Shown here: positions 39,673 through 51,235 of the stretch, in pieces
Numbering within the stretch: position 1 is the stretch's first letter
How the letters are laid out: each line of letters begins with the position of its first letter
From: Carcharhinus longimanus
Taxonomy: Eukaryota
Direction of reading: 5' to 3'
Assembly: GCA_030264375.1 (NCBI GenBank)
Contig: JASCQW010000162.1
Location: 38,676,900-38,740,899, forward strand
Length of the DNA stretch: 64,000 bases
Translations under genes and position numbers: made by a program
The notes under the pieces: generated by a model
Databases searched by the model: none
Told to the model about the DNA's origin: nothing
The model's input: the letters and a program-made list of their open reading frames with translations, nothing else

Positions 39673-41229
39673 GTCAGATTTCTTCAATCAATATGTCACA
39701 TTGGGAGTCTGAAACCAAAATTAGTAAAAATAATTAAACTTTATAAATTGTGAGACAAAAAGCTTCATTGCAATGAGCACAAATAAACTCTGCATGTTAA
39801 AGAGCAATTTCCATTTTAGTTAAGAATCTCTTAAATGATATACAGTAATTGAAGCTTTCCTCTACAGCACTTATACCAGGCCTGTAACAAAATAGCACTT
39901 CAGCTGCATCTGTGTATAATTTTAATTTCCATATGTTATCTGAATGAAAGCTCCATTCCAGTAACTGTAATTGCTGAATTTCAAGCTGCTTGTTTGAAAT
40001 TGAAATGCACCAGAAACCACCAATTATCAAAACTCATTTTACTTCAAATTCTCAATAACCAGGAGGAAACAACTATCAATGTTACTGAACCGATTTCGAT
40101 TGGAACTGGTTTTGAACCCATGTCTTGAGAAAAGAAAACAAAGTTATACAACACTGGTACTTACTTAAATTTATTAATTTAAATTTATTAAGTTGTTATC
40201 AGGACTTGCTCAGACAGATGTGTGAACAGTAGCATCTGTGATCATGATTTCTTTGTTAATGATTAGAAGAGATTGCATAACTGTCAGCTGTTGGTAATTG
40301 GACTTGTTTGTATTGAGTTGTATGTTTTGTTTAGATAGAAAATCTCTAAACATTTTTGAAATTTAAAAAATTTTGGAAGTAGCATAAACTATAAAACTTG
40401 AGTAGTTATGAAGTCATTGATTGTTAGTGGACTCAAAATCAAAGACTGAATTAAGCTAACAAACTCATTAACGGAGTAATAAATCACAGATCTTTTGACT
40501 ACTACATTTGGCACATGCTCGGAGCACACATCAAGATATTGTACACCGTGAGCTTATAATTTTCCATCATAACCATAAGAGGAAATAATGCATTAAGGCA
40601 GGAATATCAAGGCGAGAATGAATTGCTGATGTAGAAAATGGTGATGGGGTACAAGGGCATAAAATGAGCTGACACAAAGAACAGTGGGAAGGTGGGGGAG
40701 TACTGATGGTTTGAAAGGGGGCAATGACAGTTTAGGTTCTGTTCTTGGGGATTCTTCCAGTGACAGGGGAAAAAATTGAGAGACTCAAGGTTGTTAGAAT
40801 CTGAGTACTCTTTTAACGAATTAACGATCATGCTAAATACATTAAGTATTGTCTGCTCCTCTCAACTGCATTTTGGATCATTTATTTGCTCCTATCCATC
40901 TTGCAACCTCTAAACTTTCCTGTTCCTACTTTGTATTATCTCAACATGTTGTTAAATTCAAACAAAATTTAAATTTCCTTTGAATTGTCTGCATTCAAAT
41001 TTTTTGCCCATATTGAAATTTTTCAGTGGTGCAGCATAGAAGATATAAAACATAAAAGTATGCAAATAGGAAAGGGGCAGGGTATCTTCTCACAGAGGCA
41101 CAGGGCATAGCTGAGATACCAAATGAATAATTTGCATATATCTTCACTGAAAGAGAATGTTTCCAGTGTCAAACAAAGAGAGTCGCTGAGAAAATTAAAG
41201 GAATAAAAATACATAAAATGGAGTACTTA

Positions 41230-42480
41230 AAAAACTGACCTCATGTATGATGGATATCTCTTACATTGCTGAGGGAAGCAAAGGTAGAGGTTCTATCCAA
41301 AATATTCCTTGGACATGGGAGCTGTGAATAAGAACTACAGTATTACAAATGTAGACACTTGTTCAACGAAGAGGTGAGGGTGCACTCAGCAATTACAGGT
41401 CAATTAATCCACTATCAGTGGTGGGAAACTTGGCATGTGGAAAGAATATGGATAAATAAATGAAAGCCAGCAAGGATATGTTTAAAAACAAGCTATGTTT
41501 GACTAACTTCATTAAGTTCTTTGACAAAATTATAAGAGACAGTTGACAAGGATGGTGTGATTGATGGTTTAATATGGATTTTCAAAAGAGGTTGATAAAG
41601 TACCACATAAGTCTGTTAACAAAATTGAAACCCATAAAAGGAGTAATCGCTGTGTGGATATGAAATTAACTGAAAGACAGAATGACAGAAAGACAGAGGT
41701 TTACCAAGATGTTGCCTGGTATGGAGGGGAGGTCCTATGAGGAGAGACTGAGGGATTTGAGGTTGTTTTTGTTAGAAAGAAGGCGGCTAAGAGGGGACCT
41801 TATTGAAACATATAAGATGATTAGAGGTTTAGATAGGGTGGACAGTGNNNNNNNNNNNNNNNNNNNNNNNNNNNNNNNNNNNNNNNNNNNNNNNNNNNNN
41901 NNNNNNNNNNNNNNNNNNNNNNNNNNNNNNNNNNNNNNNNNNNNNNNATTGCTTTTTAACTGGTCGGCGCAACATCGTGGGCCGAAGGGCCTGTTCTGCG
42001 CTGTAATGTTCTATGTTCTAAAGGGTAATGGTGAATCTTTGTCAGATTAGAAGGAAGTATGCAATCATGTACTTCAGGGTCAGTGTTGGGAACACTGCCC
42101 TTTTTTTGTGCGATAATGACCTCATAATTTAGATATACAGGGCATAATTTTAAGATTTATGGAGGACACACTCACACATATGGGATATGAGGAAAATAGT
42201 AACAGATTTCAGGAGACCATGGACAGACTGGTGAAACAGCAGACAGATGGCAGGTAACGTGAAGTGTTTTGGTTGAAGAAACCAAATGGTACAATTTAAA
42301 AAAGCGTGCAGAAGCAGAGAGATGGGGGACGGTGTTACACACACAGGGTTTTAAAGATCCAATCTGAAAGGTTGAAAAGGCTGTTAAATGGATCCTTGGC
42401 TATAGAATGCAAAACCAGAAAAGTTATGCTTATAGATTAAGAGTTCAGTCTCAGCTAGATTACTGCAGTAGATCTAGAAT
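41230..42480 (+). mobile_element. Old CR1 fragment with a younger CR1 3' end inserted at about 41690-42020
   Basis: RFTKMLPGMEGRSYEERL..L.LF.LERRRLRGDLIETYKMIRGLDRVD, then a (ttctatg)n tail. Confidence 0.8.
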
Positions 42481-43422
42481 ACACCAGCTATTATTTTAAA
42501 CTGCCCCAGTGCTGAAAGCAAAGCTCTCTGATCCCATGTGCAGTCAAACAAGATACAAACCATAAACTTGGTTCATCATCTTTTAATTTGCCAAACGTAT
42601 CCCTTCCACTCTGAAATATGTATTCGCACGTTTAACTTGAGTGCATGTGGAAACCAAGATGTATTTTTATCTGGATGATTTTAATATAATAAAATTAAGC
42701 CCTTACTCTGTTCAACTGCAGAAAACCTGTCCTACTGCATCTTTATAAAATCACAACACATAAACCATTAAGCTTGACAAGTAGGGGGAAAAGAGGGGAC
42801 AGCCTTTCAACCCCTCCTCATCTGGTCGTAACAACAAATACAAATTCCCAAGGCTCAGACATTGTAACCCATGTGATTAGAATATTTAGACGTCCAAGAT
42901 CATGGATTAAATTACATAAATTCTTGGCAACTTTGTTCAGGAAATAAACAAACGATTCACTTTACAGTATACCAGTTTTACAACTACAATCAGTGCAATG
43001 ACTAAGGAAAATACCCTTTACCAGGCCGCTCTGTAACTACTGCCTGATAAGGTCAAGTAAATCCTCATTCAAAGGCAATCGTTTAAAATCAACTGGAATG
43101 TTATTCTCTGCTGATAATTCTGATTTAATGTCTAGCTAGCTTTACTGATTGATGGGATAAAGCGCACAGCCTGACCCTGTTTCCCGGGAAGAGGCTCCTC
43201 AGGCGGCGGTTGAACTGCCGGTTATCACGGTGGGGGGGGGGAGCGAACTTGAGCAGCCGCCTCCCGGCATGAAGCCAAAGCCGGTCTGAGCAGCAAAGCA
43301 TCTTCCTCAGCCGGCGACAGCCACACGCCCGGCGACTCTATCACCACCCCCTACCCCCCGGGCTACACCAGGACAGGCAGTCCGCGACCCCATCCTGCGA
43401 CACAGCCACATTCCCTCCTCAC

Positions 43423-43485
43423 CTAGGCCGCTGCTCGATCCCAGATCACCAGCTACCAGCTCCTCCTCCGCGCGGCGGCGGCAAA
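43423..43485 (-). other. SLC33A1: Predicted non-coding first exon of SLC33A1 (5' limit approximate)
   Basis: CpG-rich patch at about 43180-43545 with a strong minus-strand donor CTAG|gtgagg at 43423/43422. The first coding exon has an acceptor only 36 nt upstream of its ATG, so an upstream exon is expected. Confidence 0.65.
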
Positions 43486-43489
43486 CCAG

Positions 43490-43511
43490 TGACGTGGCTC
43501 ATTCTGATGGG
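43490..43511 (-). promoter_or_regulatory. Overlapping UPRE (TGACGTGG) and ERSE-like element (CCCAT-N9-CCACG) in the SLC33A1 promoter
   Basis: Exact TGACGTGG at 43490-43497 on the plus strand. The minus strand reads CCCAT cagaatgag CCACG, one mismatch from the ERSE consensus CCAAT-N9-CCACG. Confidence 0.65.
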
Positions 43512-43546
43512 TTGACAGAGCCAGCCGGGGGGAGGGGGCAGAGGCT

Positions 43547-43636
43547 CATCCCAACCCTGCTGGACACAGGGCCACCTCAGATCCCAAAACCTGCTGGAGA
43601 CAAGTGCACCTAATCCCTACCCTGCTGGACACAGGG
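43547..43636. repeat. Minisatellite (about 31-35 bp unit, core CCTGCTGGACACAGGG) running into an assembly gap
   Basis: Three imperfect copies of atccc...cctgctgga(c/g)aca are visible before the N run. Confidence 0.7.
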
Positions 43637-44171
43637 NNNNNNNNNNNNNNNNNNNNNNNNNNNNNNNNNNNNNNNNNNNNNNNNNNNNNNNNNNNNNNNN
43701 NNNNNNNNNNNNNNNNNNNNNNNNNNNNNNNNNNNNNNNNNNNNNNNNNNNNNNNNNNNNNNNNNNNNNNNNNNNNNNNNNNNNNNNNNNNNNNNNNNNN
43801 NNNNNNNNNNNNNNNNNNNNNNNNNNNNNNNNNNNNNNNNNNNNNNNNNNNNNNNNNNNNNNNNNNNNNNNNNNNNNNNNNNNNNNNNNNNNNNNNNNNN
43901 NNNNNNNNNNNNNNNNNNNNNNNNNNNNNNNNNNNNNNNNNNNNNNNNNNNNNNNNNNNNNNNNNNNNNNNNNNNNNNNNNNNNNNNNNNNNNNNNNNNN
44001 NNNNNNNNNNNNNNNNNNNNNNNNNNNNNNNNNNNNNNNNNNNNNNNNNNNNNNNNNNNNNNNNNNNNNNNNNNNNNNNNNNNNNNNNNNNNNNNNNNNN
44101 NNNNNNNNNNNNNNNNNNNNNNNNNNNNNNNNNNNNNNNNNNNNNNNNNNNNNNNNNNNNNNNNNNNNNNN

Positions 44172-44249
44172 NGCTCCGAAAGCTAGTGGCTTTTGCTACC
44201 AAATAAACCTGTTGGACTTTAACCTGGTGTTGTGAGACTTCTTACTGTA
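44172..44249 (+). mobile_element. End of a second Penelope-like family emerging from a gap
   Basis: GCTCCGAAAGCTAG...AATAAACCTGTTGGACTTTAACCTGGTGTTGTGAGACTTCTTACTGT. GCTCC-GAAA resembles the 3' half of a hammerhead core. Confidence 0.55.
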
Positions 44250-44510
44250 TAAATATTGACCAGAACATGGGGATAACTTGCCTACTCCACTTCAACATAT
44301 AGTGCAAGATTTTTTTACTTCTACCTGAGTGAACAGATGGGGTATTGGTTTAACATCTCATTTGAAAATCTGCACTTCCAATAATGCAGCAACCGCCACC
44401 CCCCTCCCCCCAGTACTGCATTGAGTGGTAACCTTGACTTTTGTGCTTGTCCTGGAGTAGGACTTGAACCTAAAACCTTATGACTCAGAATTGAGAGAGC
44501 TATGAACTAC
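44250..44510 (-). mobile_element. DeuSINE copy between the SLC33A1 and GMPS promoters
   Basis: Aligns by eye with 14360-14590. Confidence 0.65.
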
Positions 44511-45620
44511 TGAGAGAACTAATGAAAATGGGGTTGGTGTAAGAAATGGATCTAGGCAATGGATGGCTTGAATGGCAAAGCCAATTTAAAGCACTAAATA
44601 CCTCAACTTACCTCTTATTTATTTCAGTTTCCTCCCTGATCTCTTGCTCTCCCTAGCATTTTAGCCCTTACACTTGGCGTTTTCCAATATTTTCATCTAC
44701 CCTTTGCCCTTTCTAAACTCATCTATAGCTCACTATATTCCCTCGCTACAACTGCTGACACATCCACCACTCCAAATCTCTACGCCACCTGACACCAGTC
44801 ACCTCTACAAACCCACTATTTGTAGTAACCTGTTATCCAAAATACCCACTCTCAAGCCATATATCTTTATCAATCCATCTTTAAGTATGCTCTTTTTGGG
44901 TACAATCTGCATGATGTCCAGCCGAATATCCTTTTTTTTCCAAAAGCTTCCTGCTCAGATTCCTCAAGCCTGGTTTTCTGCACGCTGCAATACTGAAATT
45001 ATTCTGGCAAAAGTCATTAGTGTCTTCCTCTGTGCTGTGCTTGACCTTTCTGCAGAGGACACATGATGATGATGTTTAGGTGGCTATGGTGAGCAGTGAT
45101 CACAATGGGGATAATTCAGCAAACTTTGAAAATATTGGAGTGGTCTGTAATATGAATTGGGTTTTTTCCTTGACAATAAGCGTCAAATTCTTTTGCACTG
45201 TTGCTGAGAATGTGAATTGATAAAGGCACAGGAGGGTCAATGGAACACCTGGGATCTTGGTGAATGATGGGCTTATTAATTATTTTCTTTCAACAAATTT
45301 AAGGATTGAGAAATAAACTGAAAGAAAGAATGGGGTGAATAAATGTCAAATTCATGAGAGAAAGGGAAATAAAGAGAAAGAAAGGAAGATTGGATTAAGA
45401 GTAAGAGAAAAAAAGACAGGAAAATTAAGAAAAACATGTCAAAATTTAAAGTACACCTAAGGACAATTTACTATCTGCAGCAGTGAGATTCCAATTTCTC
45501 AGATTGAGTGGCATTGCAGGAACATAAATTCTGCTATTTAACTGATTCTTACATTGTGAATCACCAGCTCTAATTTACTGGATCGAGTTTGGTTCAAATC
45601 TATGCTGCAAATCCAGCAAT

Positions 45621-45936
45621 GGGCGGTACAGTGGTTAGCATTGCTGCCTCAGAGCACCAGGAACCTGGGTTCAATTCCAGTCTTGGGTCATTGTCTGAAT
45701 GAAGTTTGCACTTTCTCTCCATGTCTGCATGGGTTTCCTTTGGGTCTCAGGATTTTCTCCCACAGTCCATAGATGTGAGGATTGGGTTGAGTAGCTGTGC
45801 AAAATTGCCCCTGAGTGTCAGAAGGGACCAACAGGGTACATATGTGGGGTTATGGTGATAGGGCCTGGGTGGGCTTAATGTTGGTGCGGCCTCGATGGGT
45901 TGAATGGCCTCCTTCTGTGTTGTAGGGATTCCATGA
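45621..45936 (+). mobile_element. HE1-like SINE
   Basis: Head, core and tail present. Confidence 0.85.
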
Positions 45937-46026
45937 TATCTTCACACTCGTGGGGAGACTGATGGACATTTACACAAAGCTAACAGAAGAGCAGTGCAAA
46001 TTATGCAATTAGCAGCAATTCTCCAA

Positions 46027-46377
46027 AGAATCCCTACAGTGTGGAAGGAGGCTACTTGGCCCATTGAGTCTGTACTGATTCTCCAAAAGAGCATGTTATC
46101 CAGGCCCACACCCACCTCCCGCCCTTATCCTCTAACCCTGCACATTGCCATGGCTAATCCACCAAACTTACACATCTTTAAAGACTAAGGGGTAATTTAG
46201 CATGGCCGAGCCACCTAACCTGCACATCTTTGGACCATGGGAGGAAACCTGAGCACCCAGAGGAAACCCACGCAGACACAGGAAGAAAGAGCAAACTCGA
46301 CAGAGACAATTGTCCAAGACGTGAATTGAACCCAGGTTCCTGATTTTGTGAGGCAGCTGTGTGCCACCATGTGCCCA
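46027..46377 (-). mobile_element. HE1-like SINE, tail-to-tail with the preceding copy
   Basis: Reverse complement of head, core and tail. Confidence 0.85.
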
Positions 46378-47755
46378 TCCATATCCACTCATTACGTTCC
46401 TCACCACTATGAACATGCTGTTATTTCCCAACAAATCCTCGGCTGCTGTCTCCATTGAATTTACTGAAATTCAGAACTCTGAAAATAGCTGTTCAATGTT
46501 TCCAGCATAGGTCTGCGTGGAGCAGTGCAGAAACCTCAGTAAATCACTACTTGGTGTGCATAATGTAGTAAGTCACTCAAATTATAGTGTTGTGCAGTAA
46601 TATGCACATTTTCAGCAAATTTAGGCTTCTTTTTGCTGATGTGGGATCTGAATGTTAATTGATGTTAACCGTAGACAAACCAGATCCATTTCAGCTTTTC
46701 AACCACTGTATAGTACTCTTGCATCTAAGACATAATCCCAAATACAACCATTAACAACATCCAAGAATAACAATCCCATAGATCACTGGGAACAATTAAA
46801 TAAACCTTGAGGCAAGGAAAGGGGAAAGTCTCTTTAAAAAAGATGTTTTGAATTGCCTTTAAGGGATAGCAGCATGTAAAGGATGTGTGCCGTATGATCC
46901 AACCTCAATTTCACTCTGGCCCATTGACAGAATACAGCACAGACAGCTGTGTTACTGATGTCTTCAAACTTTCTGTGCCTGTATATATGTTCCCAATTTA
47001 AATAAGTGAACCCACAATGTGTTTACATAATCCCTTTTGAGTGATTGGTGCCTTTTATGTCATGTTAAAAGCCCAACAGAATGCCCTTTCCTTTCCAACA
47101 CTCTTTGATCCTTTAACATGCTCCCTAAGACCTGTCGCTTTGATCAAGCTTTTGGTCTTCTATCCTAATGTCTCCTTTTACGGTTCTGTGAAATTTTGCG
47201 TCATAGCGCTCCTGTCAAACGGTTTAAGATACTAAAGGCGCTATATAAATATAAATTATTATTGATAAGTATAAGAATACATGGTGTGTGAACTGACTGA
47301 TAAAAAAAACTCGTGTTTGTGAATTTGTACGAGGCAATACCACTCAACCTTTTAAATTGTTGGCACAAAAACAGGAAATACAGGTGTATTATTGACACAT
47401 TTAATCACATTTTGGTTTGATGTTTTAAGTTTCTTTTATAGTTTGTTTTGCGAAGTGTTCCCTCTCCCTTTCCTCACCATTTTAAAGGATTGCCCCTTTT
47501 ACTTTGTCCCTCAGTTTGGTTGATTTGGTTTATTTGATTAGCCAAAAAGATTGGCAGGGACTAGTGTGTGCACACCATGGCAGTAGTTTTACCTCGTATG
47601 CCGCAATAAATTATGTTTCTTTAAAAGAAAAGAAAATGCTGGAAAAACTGACCTGGCAGCTCTGACGAAGGGTCATCCAGACTCAAACTGTTGACTCAAT
47701 TTTCTCTCCATCAGATGCTATCAGCCCTGCTGAGATTTTCCAGCACTTTCTGTTT

Positions 47756-48228
47756 TTGATTTATTATTGTCACAGGTATTAGCATAGTGAAATTTCTTGC
47801 CTGCTACACAGACAAAGCATACCGTTCATAGAGAAGGAAAGGAGAGCGTGCAGAATGTAGTGTTACAGTCATAGCTAGTGTGTAGGGAAAGATCAACTTA
47901 GTGTGAGGTAGGTCCATTCAAAAGTCTGACGATAGCAGGGAAGAAGCTGTTCTTGAGTCAGTTGGTACCTGACCTCAGACTTTTGTCTCTTTTTCCTGAT
48001 GGAAGAAGGTGGAAGAGAGAATGTCTGGGGTGCATGGGGACCTTAATTTTGCTGGCTGCTTTTCCGAGGCAGAGAGAAGTGTAGACAGAGTCAATGGATG
48101 GGAGACTGGTTTGCGTAATGGACTGGGCTTCATTCACAACCCATTGTAGTTTCTTGCGGTCCTGGGCAGAGCAGAAGCCATACCAAATTGTGATATAACA
48201 AGAAAGTGTGCTTTTCATCCAGCATCCG
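47756..48228 (-). mobile_element. Rex1/Babar-type LINE 3' fragment
   Basis: ITIWYGFCSAQDRKKLQWVV...LPSIDSVYTSLCL...LFHLLPSGKR. Its 3' UTR is shared with the copy at 56490-56985. Confidence 0.8.
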
Positions 48229-48309
48229 TAGTGTTTTGCTTTTATTACCAGATCTGCTGAATCTTCCTGGAATTTTTTTCGTTTCAGATTCCAGCATGAG
48301 CTGCTGTTT

Positions 48310-48564
48310 GGCTGACTCTGCTCGGTAGCCCCTCCTAGCGGCGGGCTGAGAGTGTGCGCCGGCTGACTGTGCTCGGGCGCTCCTCCTAGCGGCGGGCTGA
48401 GACTGTGCGCCGGCTGACTGTGCTCGGGAGCTCCTCCTAGCGGCGGGCTGAGACTGTGTGCCGGCTGACTGTGCTCGGGCGCCCCTCCTAGCGGCGGGCT
48501 GAGAGTGTGCGCCGGCTGACTGTGCTCGGGAGCCCCTCTTAGCGGCGGGCTGAGAGTATGGGGC
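48310..48564. repeat. GC-rich 51-bp minisatellite, about 5 copies, upstream of GMPS
   Basis: Units GGCTGACTGTGCTCGGG(C/A)GC(C/T)CCTCCTAGCGGCGGGCTGAGA(C/G)TGTGCGCC start at 48310, 48361, 48412, 48463 and 48514. Confidence 0.95.
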
Positions 48565-48790
48565 TGGCCGACTGATGGGGGCGGGACCAAGCTGGGCTCG
48601 GCGCGGGGCAGTGTGGGCGCGCGAAAGCAGGCAGCTCGTGGCTGGAGCGGGGCAGTGGTGATGGCGGCGGTGGCCTTGTGTAACGGCGACTCCAAGGTTG
48701 GTGTCTGCCGGGCGAGGAGCGGGGCTCGGCGGCGAACGGCAGCACCCAGAGCGGGGGAGGTGTGGTGGGCAATAACGCTGTACTGCGNNN
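48565..48790 (+). promoter_or_regulatory. GMPS CpG-island promoter and 5' UTR with Sp1 GC box
   Basis: GGGGGCGGGAC at 48577-48587 and dense CpG around the ATG. Confidence 0.7.
48661..48696 (+). CDS. GMPS: GMP synthase (glutamine-hydrolysing) exon 1 (MAAVALCNGDSK)
   Basis: Matches the human N-terminus MALCNGDSK. Donor AAG|gttggt. Good Kozak context gtgATGG. Confidence 0.92.
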
Positions 48791-51058
48791 NNNNNNNNNN
48801 NNNNNNNNNNNNNNNNNNNNNNNNNNNNNNNNNNNNNNNNNNNNNNNNNNNNNNNNNNNNNNNNNNNNNNNNNNNNNNNNNNNNNNNNNNNNNNNNNNNN
48901 NNNNNNNNNNNNNNNNNNNNNNNNNNNNNNNNNNNNNNNNNNNNNNNNNNNNNNNNNNNNNNNNNNNNNNNNNNNNNNNNNNNNNNNNNNNNNTGTCTGG
49001 CGGGAGGGAATGGGGAAGACCGATCGATCGAGCCAGCGGCCGGCAGCTGCTGGAGTTGGGCTCCCTCCTGCCCAGCCCGTCTCCAGTGTGTGTTCCTGGA
49101 ACTCCAGAAAGTGGAGTGGGGCCTCTGGCCAGCTCCTCACTCTGTCAAACTGTACCTGGGGTCCAGGAACCTTGCGCCGTTCACACCTGATCTCTGGTCG
49201 TTAATATCCGAGGTCGCAAAATGGCCATTGCCCCCCTGAAGCAGGAGCGACCTCGAGAAACAGAGTAACTAATGGTTATTAAAATGGGTAAATATTAGAC
49301 GGGAGTAACATATGGCAGTCACTTTGCAGCATGACACGCTTTTCGGGAGCAAGGTTTGAAACAATGCAGTAAATATACTCTGCACGGCACATGTAACCTG
49401 TTTTTTTTAAAAGTTGTCTGTTCTGGTTGAAGTGCCTTATGAATATAAAATATTGTAATTGCTGTTCAGAATCGGTGTTTTTTTGTGCGGGATGATGCCT
49501 TGTCAGTACATTGATGTACTGTAAATTTCTTACCTTTGGTGAATTATGTTTCTTTCAACCCTGCACATGGTCACTATGATTCAAGAGAAGTTGTGGAGAG
49601 AAGCGTCCTAAGGTTAGCAACATAACATTGAGCTGAGGAAATCAGAAAAAAAATAGGTTTTTCAGTCTATGACGGAAGAGCTCTGGTAGAGGTTCACCAT
49701 CAGAAAAGATGCACAACAAAGTTATAGATCAAATTAAAGGCAGTTATAGGGTTTATGTCAGTAATTGTTCACATGGTGACTTCTAGTTTCCACAGTGCGA
49801 ATATGCAGAAACCTGGAAGTTATGGTCACATTACCCTATTGGTTCACAGACTGGGTTAAATTTATTGCAATCTATTTAAAGGCTTGAACCTGTGATAGTC
49901 ACACTAAAGACGCTAGAAGAAAAATAACTTGTTCGTTCAGGTGTAAGTAAGTTTTTAATGGTGTGATAAGTCAAAATTAGTATCAAGCAATCTCTGGCAC
50001 TGAACTTAATTTTACAAATGTAGAATCTTATTCATTGCAAAATTTAATTATTGCTTTTTAATCTGCGTTTTCTGTCCATTATTTGAATCTAATTTATACT
50101 TGCTGATTTGGCCTTTGTGTCTGAGAATTCTACAGTCTGGTTGATTGGGTGACAGGAAGCCGCTTCTTAGAGGCCTGTGGAAACTTTTCAAGCAGTTGTC
50201 AGTGTACTGAGCAATTCCTTTACCATTGACCATTAAATCCAGAGCATAGAGTCTAGAGCACAGAAACAAGACTATGCATCCATGCCAATATTTCTGCTCA
50301 ACACAAAGCTCCTTCCATCCCTCTTCATTCCAACCCTACCAGGAAATCTTACTCCTTTATCCCTCGTGCTTCTCTAGCTTCCCTTTAAATGTAAAATAAG
50401 AACAGAAAATGCTGGATTATGCAACAGGTTTGGCAGTGTTTTTGGAGAGAGCAGCAGAGCTAATCTTTTGAGTCCACGTGACTATTTCCCCTTAAATGTA
50501 TCTGCTAACTCCCTTAACTACTGCACTGTAGCATGTTCCACATTCACCCTATTTAGATAAAGTTTTTCCTGAATTCCCTTTTGGATTTATTATATTTATG
50601 ACCCCTGGTCATTTCCACATCGAGCTCCATAATCAAGGCGGTTTTAGGTCGCTCCTCTTTTCAAGAGAAAGACCCTTTTGGTCCAATCTTTCCTGATAGG
50701 TATGATTATTTTTATTGATCTTTCTTGCACCTTTTTCACATGCCTCTAGATATTTTATAGTACGGAGACTAGAACTGTACACACACTTGTGAGTGTGGTC
50801 TTGTTGGAATTCCTGATTTTAACATAACTTCTTTTGTATTCGACTCATCTCAAAGTGAATCTCAGTGCATGCTACTGTTTGTGTTTTGTGTATTTGTACC
50901 ACTAGATCCCTTTGTCCTCAGTCCCATACAAAGTCTTATTCAAGCAGTAGTACATTCCTTATTCCTTATTCTTCCCAAAATAATCATGATCATCTGTATT
51001 GAAATTATTTGCCTTATATGCCCACTCTGCCTGAGTGCAAACCATCCCCCCCTCCGCC

Positions 51059-51235
51059 AATCAACCTAACCTGCACATCTTTGGACTGTGGGTGAAAACC
51101 GGAGTGCCCAGAGGAAACCCACGTAGACATGGGGAAAATGTGCAGACTTCGCACAATCACCAGAGGCCCGAATTGAACTTGAATCCCTCGCACTGTGAGG
51201 CAGCAGTGTTAACCACTGTGTCACCATGCTGCCCT
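51059..51235 (-). mobile_element. HE1-like SINE, 5' half
   Basis: Reverse complement of the head and core. Confidence 0.85.

Noticed and set aside
39673-39687. N-terminal MKKSD extension of SLC33A1 in the ORF track
   Set aside because: It starts at TTG, whereas the ATG at 39672 aligns with the known AT-1 N-terminus. The track's ORF ends also run into introns.
48310-48564. CRISPR-like appearance of the regular repeats
   Set aside because: The units are contiguous with no unique spacers, and the context is a vertebrate CpG island with no cas genes.
47958-49140. Long minus-strand ORFs (245 and 336 aa) with 17-aa repeats
   Set aside because: They are translations of the stop-poor 51-bp GC-rich minisatellite fused to a Rex1 fragment and an N gap, antisense to the GMPS promoter. 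Nothing supports a real protein.
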